A DNA stretch of 62,183 bases, filler included, from Choristocarpus tenellus KU-1152 (taxonomy: Eukaryota; Protista; Phaeophyceae), in assembly GCA_964200185.2 (NCBI GenBank). It is 11 parts of 11 records of this genome, joined end to end, with 100 filler letters (N's around TTAATTAATTAA, not from the genome) between each part and the next. Parts side by side here need not be neighbours in the genome. Positions count along the whole stretch, not along the records: positions 1 to 7,320 come from CAXNAD020006335.1; positions 7,421 to 18,703 come from CAXNAD020002409.1; 9 more parts are not named here. One strand, given 5' to 3'. This document shows positions 1 through 12,527 of the stretch, one piece after another. Below the pieces are notes generated by a model. That model searched no databases. It was given only the letters and a program-made list of their open reading frames with translations, and was not told the origin of the DNA. The translations under genes were made by a program, and so were the position numbers. How positions within the stretch are numbered: position 1 is the stretch's first letter; each line of letters starts with the position of its first letter.

Positions 1-249
1 AAAATTTTTTTTTTTTTGTGTGTGGAGGGGATTTAGGGGTTTGGGGGGGGGGGGAGTGGTCGCATTGTCAAGGCCTTCATTACGTATGTCATCTTTTTGT
101 TTGTGATAGAGGAGTTAAATTCTTGGTATTGCATAGCATATCTCACACCCCTGGATTTTTCAATAGTAAATGCTACGTTCTTGACCTCCCTTGGACTATA
201 TCAAGTAGTTTACGATAGCTCTATTAATTCCTTTACTTTAACCGTTTAA

Positions 250-630
250 ACAAGTTTACTGTAACTGCATGAACTAGTTTACTCTATTTGTATTAACTAG
301 TTTACTCTATTTGTATTAACTAGTTTACTCTATTGGTATTAACTAGTTTACTGTACCTATATTAACTAGTTTACTAGTACTACCTCAACTATATGAACTA
401 GTTTAATAGTATTACCACAATTATATTAACTAGTTTACTGTACCTATGTTACCTAGTTTACTAGTATTACCACAACTATATGAACTAGTTTAATAGTATT
501 ACCACAAATATATTAACTAGTTTACTGTACCTATGTTACCTAGTTTACTATTATTACCACAACTACATGAACGAGTTTCCTTGTAACTATACTCACTACT
601 CAACTATAACCCTAACCCTACCTAGTTTAC
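250..630. repeat. AT-rich minisatellite (AACTAGTTTACT core, ~23-29 bp units)
   Basis: Repeated aactagtttactctatttgtatt and variants in tandem. Confidence 0.85.
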
Positions 631-1516
631 TACATGTTCATTAAATTTGATTACCTTCCCTGTACAATTACCAAGATAGTTTTAATTGTTCCTGGCAACC
701 ACCATATCACAGTTTCATCCCCAACACCTATCTACCCCATCCTCAAACCTCTACCCTGAGTCATTCTTCTTGCCACGCCTTTTTGGTGTTGAAATGTATA
801 CCCTCCGGTGTGTATACCGTTCTAAAGACTACACATTGGTATACTTCAGTCCCCTTGTTGTCAGTGGAATGCCATTCTTTTATGACCATCGTTCTATTCT
901 ATTAGTCCCGGGTTAGTCACGTAACTTGTAGGGTGCCTTTGCCGCCTCGGGCCGTTTCACAGGGGATGGGTTTCCCGGAACGGATGCTGTCCATGTGAAC
1001 TAGAGACACTGAGCAAGGGGTCAGACCTGGTCCATTTGATTTTTTTTTTAATGTCAACCTCGTAAATCCCGTTCAGGTCCTTCAAAGCCAAGTTAACTAA
1101 TGAGAGCGTAGTGGGTTAAATTTGTAAATATCACCCTACGGCTTCTTACTGAAAGGTTTAAAACTATGTGGTGCTTGGTATGGTTGAATAGACTATTGGT
1201 ATATGTAGTGAGAATGGTGGTTAAATTCCGCGCTATTCCTCCTTAATTAACTAGATCTTGGCTGTATGGGTGATAGGTACAGTTTAATAGGAGACCGACC
1301 CCGCGAGCAAGAAAGGGTGGAAGCTTCAATCCCAATTCCATCATGTATCTTTTGTTGCTCTAGAGATGCCCTAACCCACAGGTAAGAGTTTCATCCCTCT
1401 CCCTAACCCTATCCCTGACTCTCTCTCTCACTGTATGTGGAACTGCTTATGTTGAGTATTTTTTATGCTGTTTGAAAAAAAAATGTATCGCCCCTCCCGC
1501 CCCCTCGGTACCATAG

Positions 1517-4500
1517 GCGAGGAGTTCCTATGCCATTGGGCAGGCGGCAATGAGGATTGTGACTGTGGCAGATGGAAAGGGTTGGGATGGGGTAATGTTT
1601 TCTGCATTGCGTTTGGGCAAGATTATTGCTGGCATTGGTGAGTTTGTTGCAAGTTATTTTTATTGTTATTGTTATTGTTAGTATTATTATTATTTGTAAA
1701 TATTTGTGTGAAGTGTTTTACTGATATCAATATCATGACTGGTGCTTTTTGCACAAAGTCGTTTCTATTTTTTACCTCATGAAACAGATGGCATGATTGG
1801 CGCTGGTGATAGTGTGTGTGTTACAAGTTATCATTCGTGTCAGGCATTTTGGCATTAATAATTTTTCTGTTATTTTACTGTATGTAACCAACGGTATTAT
1901 CAAGGCTGGTGATAGCGAGTTCCAAGTTATTTGTATTATTTTATTATTATTATTATTGCAAAACGATAATGATGTCGATAACATGTCAGTTTTTTTTTTC
2001 TATAAATGTTTTATTATGTTACTGTATGTGATAGACAGCACAATCAAGGCTGGTGTTGGTGAGTTACAAATAATACTACTATTGTTACTACCATATATAT
2101 ATTATGTGATATACTAGTGATGTATGTGGTACTGTTGCCAAGATCACAGAAAATGTTGGTGTGTTACAGTGATTATTTATCATGTCACTATTACACTCGT
2201 TTCTTCTGTTTTTTCTCATTATAAAATTTAGAGTATTGTTATATTTAGTGCTAGTGATTTTGTTATCTTATCAAGGTCCTTTTAGAGCATGATGCTACTA
2301 TTGCAGTTGTGGCTAGTTCTCTCACTGCCATCAGTATCATTAGCGCATACATATCTTCTGTTACATTTATTATTATTCCTGTATTCTTGTTTCACCATCC
2401 TGTATTATTATTATTACTATTATTATTTTACAATTTTTATTATTGTTACTAATATTTTGCTCTGCTTGTAACCACAACAAATAATTGTATTTGAATCATT
2501 ATATAAATCAACCCAGGACCCTCCATCGTTGCACTGTCCCTGCTTGATCAATCTCCGACTGTAAAGGTTTGTCCAATAGTATTTATTGGTATTTGCAACT
2601 GACAGATATGCTGACAAATGACATTCGCAATGACGGTGGTTGTCTCTGCCACGGTACTAAATTATACCGTAATTCTCGCAGTAGGATTAAGTTTTGCAAA
2701 TGAGTCAAACCAACTGCAAGGTAGGCAGGGTTGCATATGAAGGGTCCCGAGAAAGGGCAAAAATATGTAATGTTGTACAATTGCAGATAAGAGAGCCTTT
2801 GGTGAATTGTGTTCTAATTCTGTGTGTGGAAAGGGGGAACACCAATTTTGGGTACATTTCTACTGTGCAAATACATTTTTTTGTTTTTTGAAGACTTGAA
2901 TTTTACAGGGTGTGAAAGGTGGGCTTAGAATGCAAAAAGGGTCCAAGCATGCCTACCCTTCTATTGGTTTGACTCAAAGGCGTACACATACACGAGAAAA
3001 TATTTTCACGGTACTGTTACGGTTGTATTTCCATTTCGCGGTACTGTTACGGTTTTATTTTCATTTCACGGTACTGCTACGGTTTTATTTTCATTTCACG
3101 GTACTGTTACGGTTTTATTTCCATTTCGCGGTACTACTACGGTTTTATTTCCATTTCGCGGTACTGCTACGGTTTTATTTTCATTTCGCGGTACTGCTAC
3201 GGTTTTATTTCCATTTCATGGTACTGTTACGGTTTTATTTCCATTTCGCGGTACTGCTACGGTTTTATTCTTATTTCACGGTATGGTATGTTACGATATA
3301 TGGTTGGGCTTCTGTTTTAGAGTATGTGTAGCTCTTTGGGATGCTGTCTAATTTGGAACTTTTGGAATATTTCTGCTGAGAGTTAGAAATTAGAGGTTGG
3401 TGGAGTGTTACAGAGCTATGCGCTTACTACTAACTGAACAATGAATTATGTGTGTTCCGTAATCATCCCGTAATGCTGACTAAACCGAAACATTGGTGTT
3501 GGATTCAATCCCACAACCTATGCACTTTGTACTTAACTCTCTCCAAGATGGGAGCATGATATTCATACAGGATTGTAGATGCGTATTTTAATCATATGGT
3601 CTTGTCGGATCTATGTATGCGTAGCGTTTCATTGATAATTAGTAAAAAAAAATGGTTTGTAGTGGCACAGTAGTGCGCAATTAATCAAGTACTTTGTTGT
3701 ATGAACAGCACCAGGGCAAGAAGTTGAATGGTTGAAGATTGTTATTGTGAAGATTCACCACTAACAATAACGTATTATTAATTACGTATATATATAGTGT
3801 TTGTACACTTTATTATTCATTATCGGCTTTTTACGATCAGTGCACCACTGGATCATACAGATACGGTAAGTTCATACCCATTACGGTACTATTACGGAAC
3901 AGTCCTGGTTACTTTGAGAACGAGACAGTATGGTCACTGTATGTCAGACCACTATCTGGATGGTAGGGTACAGAAGGGTGAATAGCACCCACGGCTCTCC
4001 AAGGTACTGTTACGGAATTGTGATGATCTTTCATGGTTCTCTTTTATGTCTCATGGCTCCCCACAGTCGGTTGTAGACTTCCAACTAGGGTTAAGGTATA
4101 ATATTTGATGAATCATGGACACCTTCCCTAACCCTAACCCTAACCCTAACTATGAGACAACTGTGGTTGCTATCGTGGTTGTGGCTACTGTGTAGGACCC
4201 TGACTCTCACCTAAAGAATAATCGGGATGGGGCTGGAATGACGCGATACAAGACTATGGATGCACTCTTCTTGCTGTGGTCGTTTTTTTATTTTCTCCTG
4301 ATAACTTTTTTTTTCCCCCTTTATTTTTATTTCCTTGTCCCTTTTCATTTTCTATATTTTTTTAATATGTAAATGTATATATATATATATATATTTTTTT
4401 TTCCTGCACACTTCTGTTTTTAGAGTTTAATTGGACCAAGAAAAGGCAGGTTACCATTGGGGTATTTATTTATTTTTTCACAGTCAATAAATAACTAGTT

Positions 4501-6113
4501 TCTTCAGAAAATGGAGATTCTACTTAACATTCGATTTTTTTTTTTGGCCGCAATGTCCCGACAGCGATGAAAGAGACTGGAGGGTGTTCCTGAAGAGGCT
4601 GTTGTGGTCATTTGGAACATACCATTTTTGTTTTTGTTTTGTTTTTTATTTCAAAATTGTTTTTAGAACATAAAAATGATGAGATATTATATTTGGATGG
4701 GAGCCTCAGCCGCTGAGCTCCTATTCACTTTAGACTAGATATCTCCTACCTGAAGAAAAGGTAGGTGCATTAATCTCCTCTCTTCCTGTTTCTCTTTTTT
4801 TTTTGTAAGTAAACCAATTCCAAGGCTCTTTTAAAAAAATCTCAATGAAAAGCTCTGGGCCGCTCTAAATCAGCTCATAACGCCCGGTAGCAATAGCCCT
4901 TTTGTTTTTTTGCGATGTTCCGGAGGTCTGTGCATCCTTCTCGCTGTTGTCTACGGGGCAAAACATCTTCCAGTACCGCCTGTTTTAATTTAGAACACCT
5001 GCAGTCCCAACCCTGTAGACAGAGTGATACAACAGTGCAGTAGAGTTATTTTTAAAGAGACCTTCCAACACAATCATGGAATCGCTTGCATCTTGTTTCT
5101 GATCTGGGTGTGGGTTTGGCATGTCTTCGAGCCTCTGAATATATAGTTGTTTTTTGGTTCTTTTTACCTTTTTCTTTTTCAAGAGTATGTTCCTTCTTAC
5201 GTGCCCTAAATGCTAGTCCTTGTCGAGATGTGAATATTTTTATTGCTGTATATCTCTATATATTTATGTATGTACTTTGTATGAATTATTGTTTTTTTTA
5301 CTATATATATAGATATATGTATTTATTAAATTATGTGCTTTGTATGAATTGTTGAATTTTTTTGGAACTTTTGATTTGTGTTTTTTTGATGCAAAGTTAT
5401 GTATGTAATATAAACGTGATACAAATTGTGACATGTCTGTCTGACACACATGTTTTTTCTTGTCTTTTCTTTTTTAGGGGTCTGTATGGATGGAAGTACC
5501 ATGTCAATAGAAGTACCATGTCAATAGAAGTACCATGTCAATAGAAGTACCATGTCAATAGAAGTACAGTGGTGATATCCGCGGTACTTCCACGGTCACG
5601 AATGGAAATGTGTCCATGCTTACTGCCCGTATCCCAAGTGTAGTGTTTGAAGTCTGTAGTGTACTACCTGTATGATATATATATAGTAACCATGGTGACA
5701 TTGGGAAAATGTCCATAACCATCACAATTCCTAACTATCAGTGAGTTTGTAGTGAGTAGTTTTTTTCCGTATCATTCCACTCTGTGATGCACTTGTCTAG
5801 ATGTATTCTACTGCAATATCCATACCATCCTTACTATATATTTTTTTTCATCACTAAACTATTTTTTTTTTTTAGNNNNNNNNNNCACTTGTCTTGATGT
5901 ATTCTACTGCAATATCCTTTCCTTCTTTTCTATATTTTTTTTTTCATCTCTATTCTATTTTTTTTTTTAGCTGCGGCGGGGGAGTGGGAGCGGCATGGAA
6001 GGGGGGTCTTGAATCGAATGAACTTGCTTGGGGTCTCCTCAATGGAGGCGTCTTCTTGGACAGCGATGCTTTTGGCACTGAGTCGACTGGGGAGAGCTGA
6101 AGAGAGCATTGAG
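1517..6113 (+). CDS. Pentatricopeptide-repeat (PPR)-like protein, partial; exons 1517-1637 and 5971-6113
   Basis: AG/GT-bounded exons with compatible phase 1. Exon 5971-6113 reads AAGEWERHGRGVLNRMNLLGVSSMEASSWTAMLLALSRLGRAEESIE, which matches the PPR helix-pair pattern (GEWE..VL..M...GV....SWTAML.AL.R.GR.EE). The join to the first exon is tentative. Confidence 0.55.
3004..3283. repeat. 30-bp tandem minisatellite, ~9 copies
   Basis: (ttc[a/g]cggtactg[t/c]tacggttttattt[c/t]cat)n; produces the spurious ORF 2912-3331. Confidence 0.95.
5493..5567. repeat. 17-bp tandem repeat, ~4.4 copies
   Basis: (gaagtaccatgtcaata)n, perfect copies. Confidence 0.95.
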
Positions 6114-7103
6114 GTAACCCTGATTGATACGTAGTAGGAAATGTTAAAACGGCATGTACAACACCTTCTTTGAAGTACCCATTATTCTATTTTGTGTAAG
6201 AATCGTACCTGAGTCAGTTACGGAAGGAATAAGAGCTAACAAAAACCCCCCGATCTTTGTCGCCTTTGCACAATATTTTTTTTTTTTTTTTTTTACAACA
6301 AAAGCATACTTCAATGTAAGAGAAATAGAAGTCCTCACAAACTGCACAACCGCATATAAATATATATATATATATATTTATTTATTTATACTTATATTTG
6401 TGTGTGTGGCTAGGGTTATGGTCGGAGGTATTTTTAAACAATAAATGTCATTTTTAGAGCCTGTCCCTTTATGTTGTCCATTCCCCTAAATAACACATTT
6501 ATCACTTGAATTTAATTAGTGTAGCATGAAGTGGAGCTTTTTTTTGTTATTATTATTATTTCTCTGGAGGCATGACTCTATCATATCCCCTAAAGAGACA
6601 TCTACATGCATACCTAGACAAAAATAATATAATATAATATATAACATACACATACACATATAATACATAATATATGCACATACATACATTACTTAACATA
6701 CACATATACACACAACATACAACATATACATATATATATATAATGTGTGCATCTTTTTCTGTTGGATTTTGTATTTTTTTACGGTCTTCTTCTGATGGCG
6801 CTCGCTATAGTGCGCGTGTGTGTTTGTACTTCTGGATGATTTTTTTTTAATTATTTTTATTTTTATTATTATTATTATTTTTATTTTTATGGCATTGCAT
6901 GTACACGCGCGTGCTTTTATTTAAAAATAGTATTGATGATAATAATTATTGTTAGTGTTAAATATAAAAAAATATCAGATACGGCGATGGATAGCTTTCG
7001 ATTCTGTGGCAGTTTCAAAGCTGCACCTATCTGTGCTTTGTCTGTTGGTGTGGTTGGTGGCTGGCTCTTAATAACTGATGTTTACAAAAAACAAATGTAA
7101 GTG

Positions 7104-7320
7104 AGTCTGTCTCTGTCTCTGTCTGTCTCTGTCTCCTTATCTGTCTCTGTCTCCTTATCTGTCTCTGTCTCTGTCTCTGTCTCTGTCTCTGTCTCCTTAT
7201 CTGTCTCCTTATCTGTCTCTGTCTCTGTCTCTGTCTCTGTCTCTGTCTCTGTCTCTGTCTCTGTCTCTGTCTCTGTCTCTGTCTCTGTCTCTGTCTCTGT
7301 CTCTGTCTCTGTCTCTGTCT
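7104..7320. repeat. (TCTCTG)n microsatellite at contig end
   Basis: Directly visible. Confidence 0.95.
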
Positions 7321-7420
7321 NNNNNNNNNNNNNNNNNNNNNNNNNNNNNNNNNNNNNNNNNNNNTTAATTAATTAANNNNNNNNNNNNNNNNNNNNNNNN
7401 NNNNNNNNNNNNNNNNNNNN
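7321..7420. other. Artificial contig linker
   Basis: 44N+TTAATTAATTAA+44N (six-frame stop spacer). Confidence 0.99.
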
Positions 7421-7477
7421 TGAAAAAATTGACCCCAAATGGACAGCCGCCACCCCCTCCCAGATATTTTGAGCCTT
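7421..7477 (-). mobile_element. End of MITE family A (TIR GGCTCAAAGTATCTGGGG)
   Basis: Reverse complement of the ends at 37525-37587 and 38455. Confidence 0.75.
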
Positions 7478-8564
7478 ATGTGCACCATACTTGTGTCTTT
7501 CAGGTTAAAGGAAAAGACACCGCTATCAATACCACTGTAACACTAACTGATTAGGAGAGAAAATTGGGCTTTTGAGTGAAGGAATTGAGAGGGGTGTGTG
7601 TTTTTGACAATTTTGAGTTTTAAGTTTTTCTCGGCTTGTGCAAGGAAGATGAGGACAATTGAAAAGGGTGCCAATAAGGATAAGTTGTTTCTGTGAACTG
7701 AATGTAATCATGAAACAGTCAAAATGCGCTCCACACCTGTAGACTATGTGCTCCAAAAATAGGTGCCACCCAAAAGTTGGAAGGGTTGTTAAAACTCAGC
7801 AGCACCCGCTCGGTTACTTTAACTCTTTTTCGTTCCACACTCCTGGTGCCATGCGGCAACTCGAAAAAATGGGAAAATGTGATGTGGCAGGGAGGAAAGA
7901 GGGGGAGATGGGGGGGATATTCGAGTATAATAGTACACAAGGTGTTGTTGATGATCATGATTGTGCTCATTACCTCTCCAAGGAAAGTATAGGCAACGTA
8001 ATAAGCAATGCTACATGCAAGAGATGAAGCTTGAGGCAGCAGAATAAAGGTGTTCGTTTGGTGTTGGGGGGTCAAGGATGACGTTTGAAGTAGATTTTTC
8101 GGTGTTTAAAACTGCGTATCATATATAAGCGAAATGTGTAGGGCTAGGATTCCGAAGGTCTACTTCAGAACATTTCTTCTAGCATAACAATGCAGCTTTT
8201 TTCGCCATCCTGAATTGCTCACGATAATGATATCAATAATTCCTTGTGCCACTACTATGCCATGCCTCACCAATCTTGTGTCTTCTAAAGGAAGAAGCAC
8301 ATCCCCCTTATTTTTCTGGTAGCCGGTGCATACCATACTTGACCTCACCTGTGTCCTGCAATCACAATCACCTGTGCCACAGCTAAACTTTATCTCAAGT
8401 CTTTCTGCACACGACCTGTCTTCTCAGTTGGGAGGTGGTTGAGTTGAAAAAATATCGAGGAATACTGGCAATATCGTGTTGAATCTTGTCTAGAGTGTCA
8501 AGGTCGATGGGGAAAGGAGAAAACATATTCTTTCGTTGGATCGAGTTTACGAGCTTTTATGAAA

Positions 8565-9095
8565 GTGTTGTAGTATAGCTGGTACTCAAATACTCTGGTA
8601 GTAGATAGATTCTGGGAGATATCTTTCACATTTACGGTGACTGTTACTTTTACAGGGGTCCTATGATATTGGTTTGGCTTTTCCCCTGACACATCTGCAA
8701 ATTGTCAGAGGGCGTAATATTATATAATACACAATAATATAAAGTTTTGGGCGCCTCCGTAAGCAAGCAGAAAGTTTTCTGGATGAGTTGGCTACACACA
8801 CAGTGGAGGGGAGAGGGGCGGGAGTGCAAAGTAAGAAAGTGAGTAGATAGTCGGTTTCTACGGTGCATTTTTAAGCACGAATGGTGCAAGTAAGTACTTC
8901 GACATACACCGTCAACAGTTTCGTTCTTAGACATAGATATATCTTTACGCCCTCACATATTTTGCAGATGTGTCAGGGGAAAAGCCAAACCAATATCACA
9001 AGGGCCCCTGTAAAAGTAACAGTTGTCGTAAATGTGATGCATACCTACCTCTCCAAAGACTAATTATTATTTGAATGCCAGGTATACAATAACAC
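8565..9095. mobile_element. Foldback/MITE-like element with ~160-bp inverted arms
   Basis: 8565-8728 is the imperfect reverse complement of 8936-9095 (e.g. gatattggtttggcttttcccctgacacatctgcaaa / tttgcagatgtgtcaggggaaaagccaaaccaatatc). A third partial arm lies at ~9325-9400. Confidence 0.8.
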
Positions 9096-9874
9096 CCCCT
9101 AAACGATGGCAATTGCAATGTTATATGTACCCTGCTGCTATGCCTCTAACCCAGCTTAGCCCTACACAAGTGGGCGAGGGGTTAGGAAAGCATCCCAAGA
9201 ATCTGACAGGCCCCTTCTTGCCCATCTGCCTGATGTCTCTAGCTTGAAGCGTATGGCAAGTGTTGAGAGAGGTATTTGTGTAGTGATGGACACGATTTGC
9301 CATAAGCGGGATATATTATTAGTACTACATTATTATGCCCTCTGACCTTTTGGAGCTGTGTCTGAAAAAAGTCAAACCAAAATCGTAAGGACCCTCACTA
9401 TACATGAATGTAAGTATAATTACGCTCACTCCTTTATTACAAGATAAGTATGCTCCACACTATGTTACCAGGTTTGCTTTAATCCTCTCAGATATTTTAC
9501 AAATATTAATGTATTTTTTGTCTATATAGGATTGATCATTTACAATCCTATTTACAACAAAGGATCAAGAAATAAAAAAAATGGTGAGAAATATGGTGCC
9601 AGCAGTAACTCAGGAGGTCATCAACTAAATATCTTTTTTTGTGTAAAGTCATAATACTATATGTACCGCCAATTTACCGAAACGAGGAAGTTGTGAGAGT
9701 GATGTGTGAGATAGGTTGGATATGTTTCTTCTTTCGACATGATTTTCCTCTTATCTCCAATTTCTATTGTTAATTTCTTTATTATCTTCTCCCTTCCTGT
9801 TTCTTCTTTTTCCTACTTCACAATTCGTCCCTGTATTGTTGGCTCATAATATAATATGATAGGGATAAAGACAC

Positions 9875-11510
9875 TACATCTATATATATGTGTACACTTC
9901 GAAAAATACATAAATCCTTTGACCAATCGGACGCAACCTCAGGGAAAAATAAAAACAATCCTCACGATATTTCTCAACAACACATCCCCCACCACTATTA
10001 TTGTATCGGATGGATTTCAAATTCAAGAATTCGCGCACTATTAACGCCTTCACTAGTTTGAACTTGTTTGTCTGGTCCAGTAGGTACAAGATTCTACGCA
10101 GTACAAGATTTCCTACAAGTTCGAAGTGTACATGTTCAATTTGAATGAGTCCTGATGGGAAGCACGAGCTCATCAGAAAGATCTCTATGACCTGACCAAG
10201 CACCTTGTATGGATTCTTCTTCACAGGATTGCGAGTATATACCCCATCGGACCTTATATGCCCAACACTCACTCGGCACCAATGTTGATGGTGAAGCTCC
10301 ATTACCTCAGGGTAGTATTTCGGGCAAGGAGGAAGGAAGTGGTCGCCTGGTCAGGCGCACAGACCCCAACTCCGCACAGGTCGAAGTGGGCACTGTGCTC
10401 ATATCTGTTCTAAAAAAAGATAACGAAAGATTCAGCAACTGAAGGTATTATGGAGTGGTGGAAGTGGGGTAAGGACACCACAAGCGACAAGGCCCGAATA
10501 TTGTAAATTATCTTTCTAATCCTACATGCTTTCAAGGCTCTTGACTTGAATGAAATGTTCAACATAATGGTGTGCAGAGAACAGGGGTGTGAACTGGTCG
10601 TAATCCACCCCTGTCGTTTCCGTCCATTGTTTTGTTGATTGATGGCTGTGATCAGAAGGAGGTTGCGATTGTTCCGTGCAGAAAGCCTTTGAGAAGACCG
10701 AAGTTTCCCTCTCTTGGCTGAGATGAGGAAACATGGAATGCCGTCATATATGTGCACTCTATCCAGGCCGAGAGTTGGTAGAGGACGACCATATAATGGC
10801 TAGTCCGAATCATAACACCGTTTTTGATTCTTTTGGGTGTCATATAGTGACGGTTGGAAGGTGACAACACATAGGATAGTCACACCGCGCTAGTATAGAT
10901 ATTTGCATGGAAGAGTGTTAGGAGGAACGAGCTAGTTTAGACAAAGATGTTGGCCAAGTCGGAGGGTGCTGAACAGGTTAGGAAATGAAACTGTGTCTTT
11001 CTTTTTTCATCATTCTCCTGCTTATACGCATTCGTGCTATTCATGACGTTCTCAGCATTCTCTGTGGTGTGGTTGCTGCTAGCATATTTTTGCTCTGCCT
11101 GACTCACTCTACTCCATAGAGTTTTGCACTTGGTGTGTTTGTCTATTCTGTGTTGGCTGGACCAGACAAACAAAGAACAAGTTCAATTTGGTGAAGAACA
11201 GCAGATTTCAAAAATTGAGGATGGAGCTTTTCATTGAGGATGGGCTTGATCCAAAATTGACTGGGAGAAAGTGTCGATATGTTTTTTTTTGTAACAGCCC
11301 ATCCTCAATGAAAAGCTCCATCCTCAATTTTTGAAATCTGCAGTTGAAGGCGTGAATGGTGTGGAACTCTTGTATTTGTCATCCATCCGATTCAATAGTG
11401 GTGGGGGAAGTGTTGAGAAATATCAAGAGGATTGTTTTTATTTTTCCCTGAGGTTGCGTCCAATTGGTGAAAGGATTTATGTATTTTTGGAGGTGTATAT
11501 ATAGGTGTAT
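9875..11510. repeat. Inverted pair of ~120-bp repeats (9875-9998 and 11394-11510)
   Basis: ggacgcaacctcagggaaaaataaaaacaatcctc versus gaggattgtttttatttttccctgaggttgcgtcc. Confidence 0.85.
11197..11345. mobile_element. Short MITE (family C) with ~50-bp TIRs
   Basis: gcagatttcaaaaattgaggatggagcttttcattgaggatgggct and its reverse complement at 11296-11341; another copy at 28859-28956. Confidence 0.85.
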
Positions 11511-12527
11511 TGTATCGAACGTATAAGTAACTTAGTACTGAGAGACAAGAAGGAAGTAAGAATAATATCAAATGGAGGAAAAAAAATGGTCTCACCGAAT
11601 TGACAAGAGACATTTGACAATCTCCACTAGAATATGTATTTTTAGTACTATTTTCATTTTTCTAATTTCTTTCTGCATAGAAATATGTCTTGAATATACA
11701 TATATTTGTTGTCATGGACAGAACTCCAATAATACTCATTCCTTGGTTCCAATATTTTATACCTCCTATATTTCTTAGGTTTTGGAGGTAGCCCTTACTG
11801 GTTACTATTAGTAGTTCAGTAGTTTGGCATACAAAAGATATTTTTGTTTAGTTGCGGAGGTACTACTAAAAGACGTCATTGTCTATCAACATAATAGTTT
11901 TGTCAAGAGTGATGTCGTATATTGAAATGTGTTTAAAAATAGAATATTCTATGTGCAGTGGTGAGGTATAGGGGATTTAGTGGTGAGAACTAGAAAATGA
12001 TATCCGGAGTGTTTCACTATTTATGGGATTACTTTCCACAAAGAATTACCATATCATATGTATCGTATGAAATCATTCCAAAGTCAACGAGTAAGAGGAG
12101 TAGCGAGGAGAATTCATATTGGAGGTTCTTGATGGACATTGGTAGGTTAGCGAGGTGAAGAGAGCTGTTGAAATTCTTCGATTTCACATTGTTGTGGCAG
12201 GAACTCTCCTGCCGTCGAGAACAACAACGGCATAATTCACCACAAGTCCACACTAGGACAAGAACCAACAAACATATCTAAACTACACTGTTGGTGAGTC
12301 TACAAGATTGGGTCTTCGATCTTGATGAAGGGGACATCCTCACGTCAATGTGACTCTTGACTTTTTCCTTATTATTGTGTACAATCTTGTGATCAAAGGC
12401 ACCACGATTATTGTCACGGAACGAATTTGTCCTGGTGTGTTTATCCACCCTCTACTAATTCGACCACCACGTCCCAACCCAGCTTGTAGATAATCGAACT
12501 CTTTCATCTCCCTCCTCAAGTGCAGGG

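Noticed and set aside
3004-3283. 30-bp repeats (and the 27-bp array at 29799) as a CRISPR array or repeat protein
   Set aside because: Units are head-to-tail with no unique spacers, there are no cas genes, and the context is eukaryotic and intronic.
5789-5970. ~85-bp duplication flanking the 10-N gap
   Set aside because: Probably a scaffolding overlap or uncollapsed haplotypes.
7365-7376. Recurring TTAATTAATTAA palindrome within N runs (10 times)
   Set aside because: Artificial six-frame-stop concatenation linker; ORFs ending in ...LIN are artefacts, and no synteny can be inferred across linkers.
9880-10302. NPYKVLG as a J-domain start
   Set aside because: No HPD motif or J-domain helices follow.
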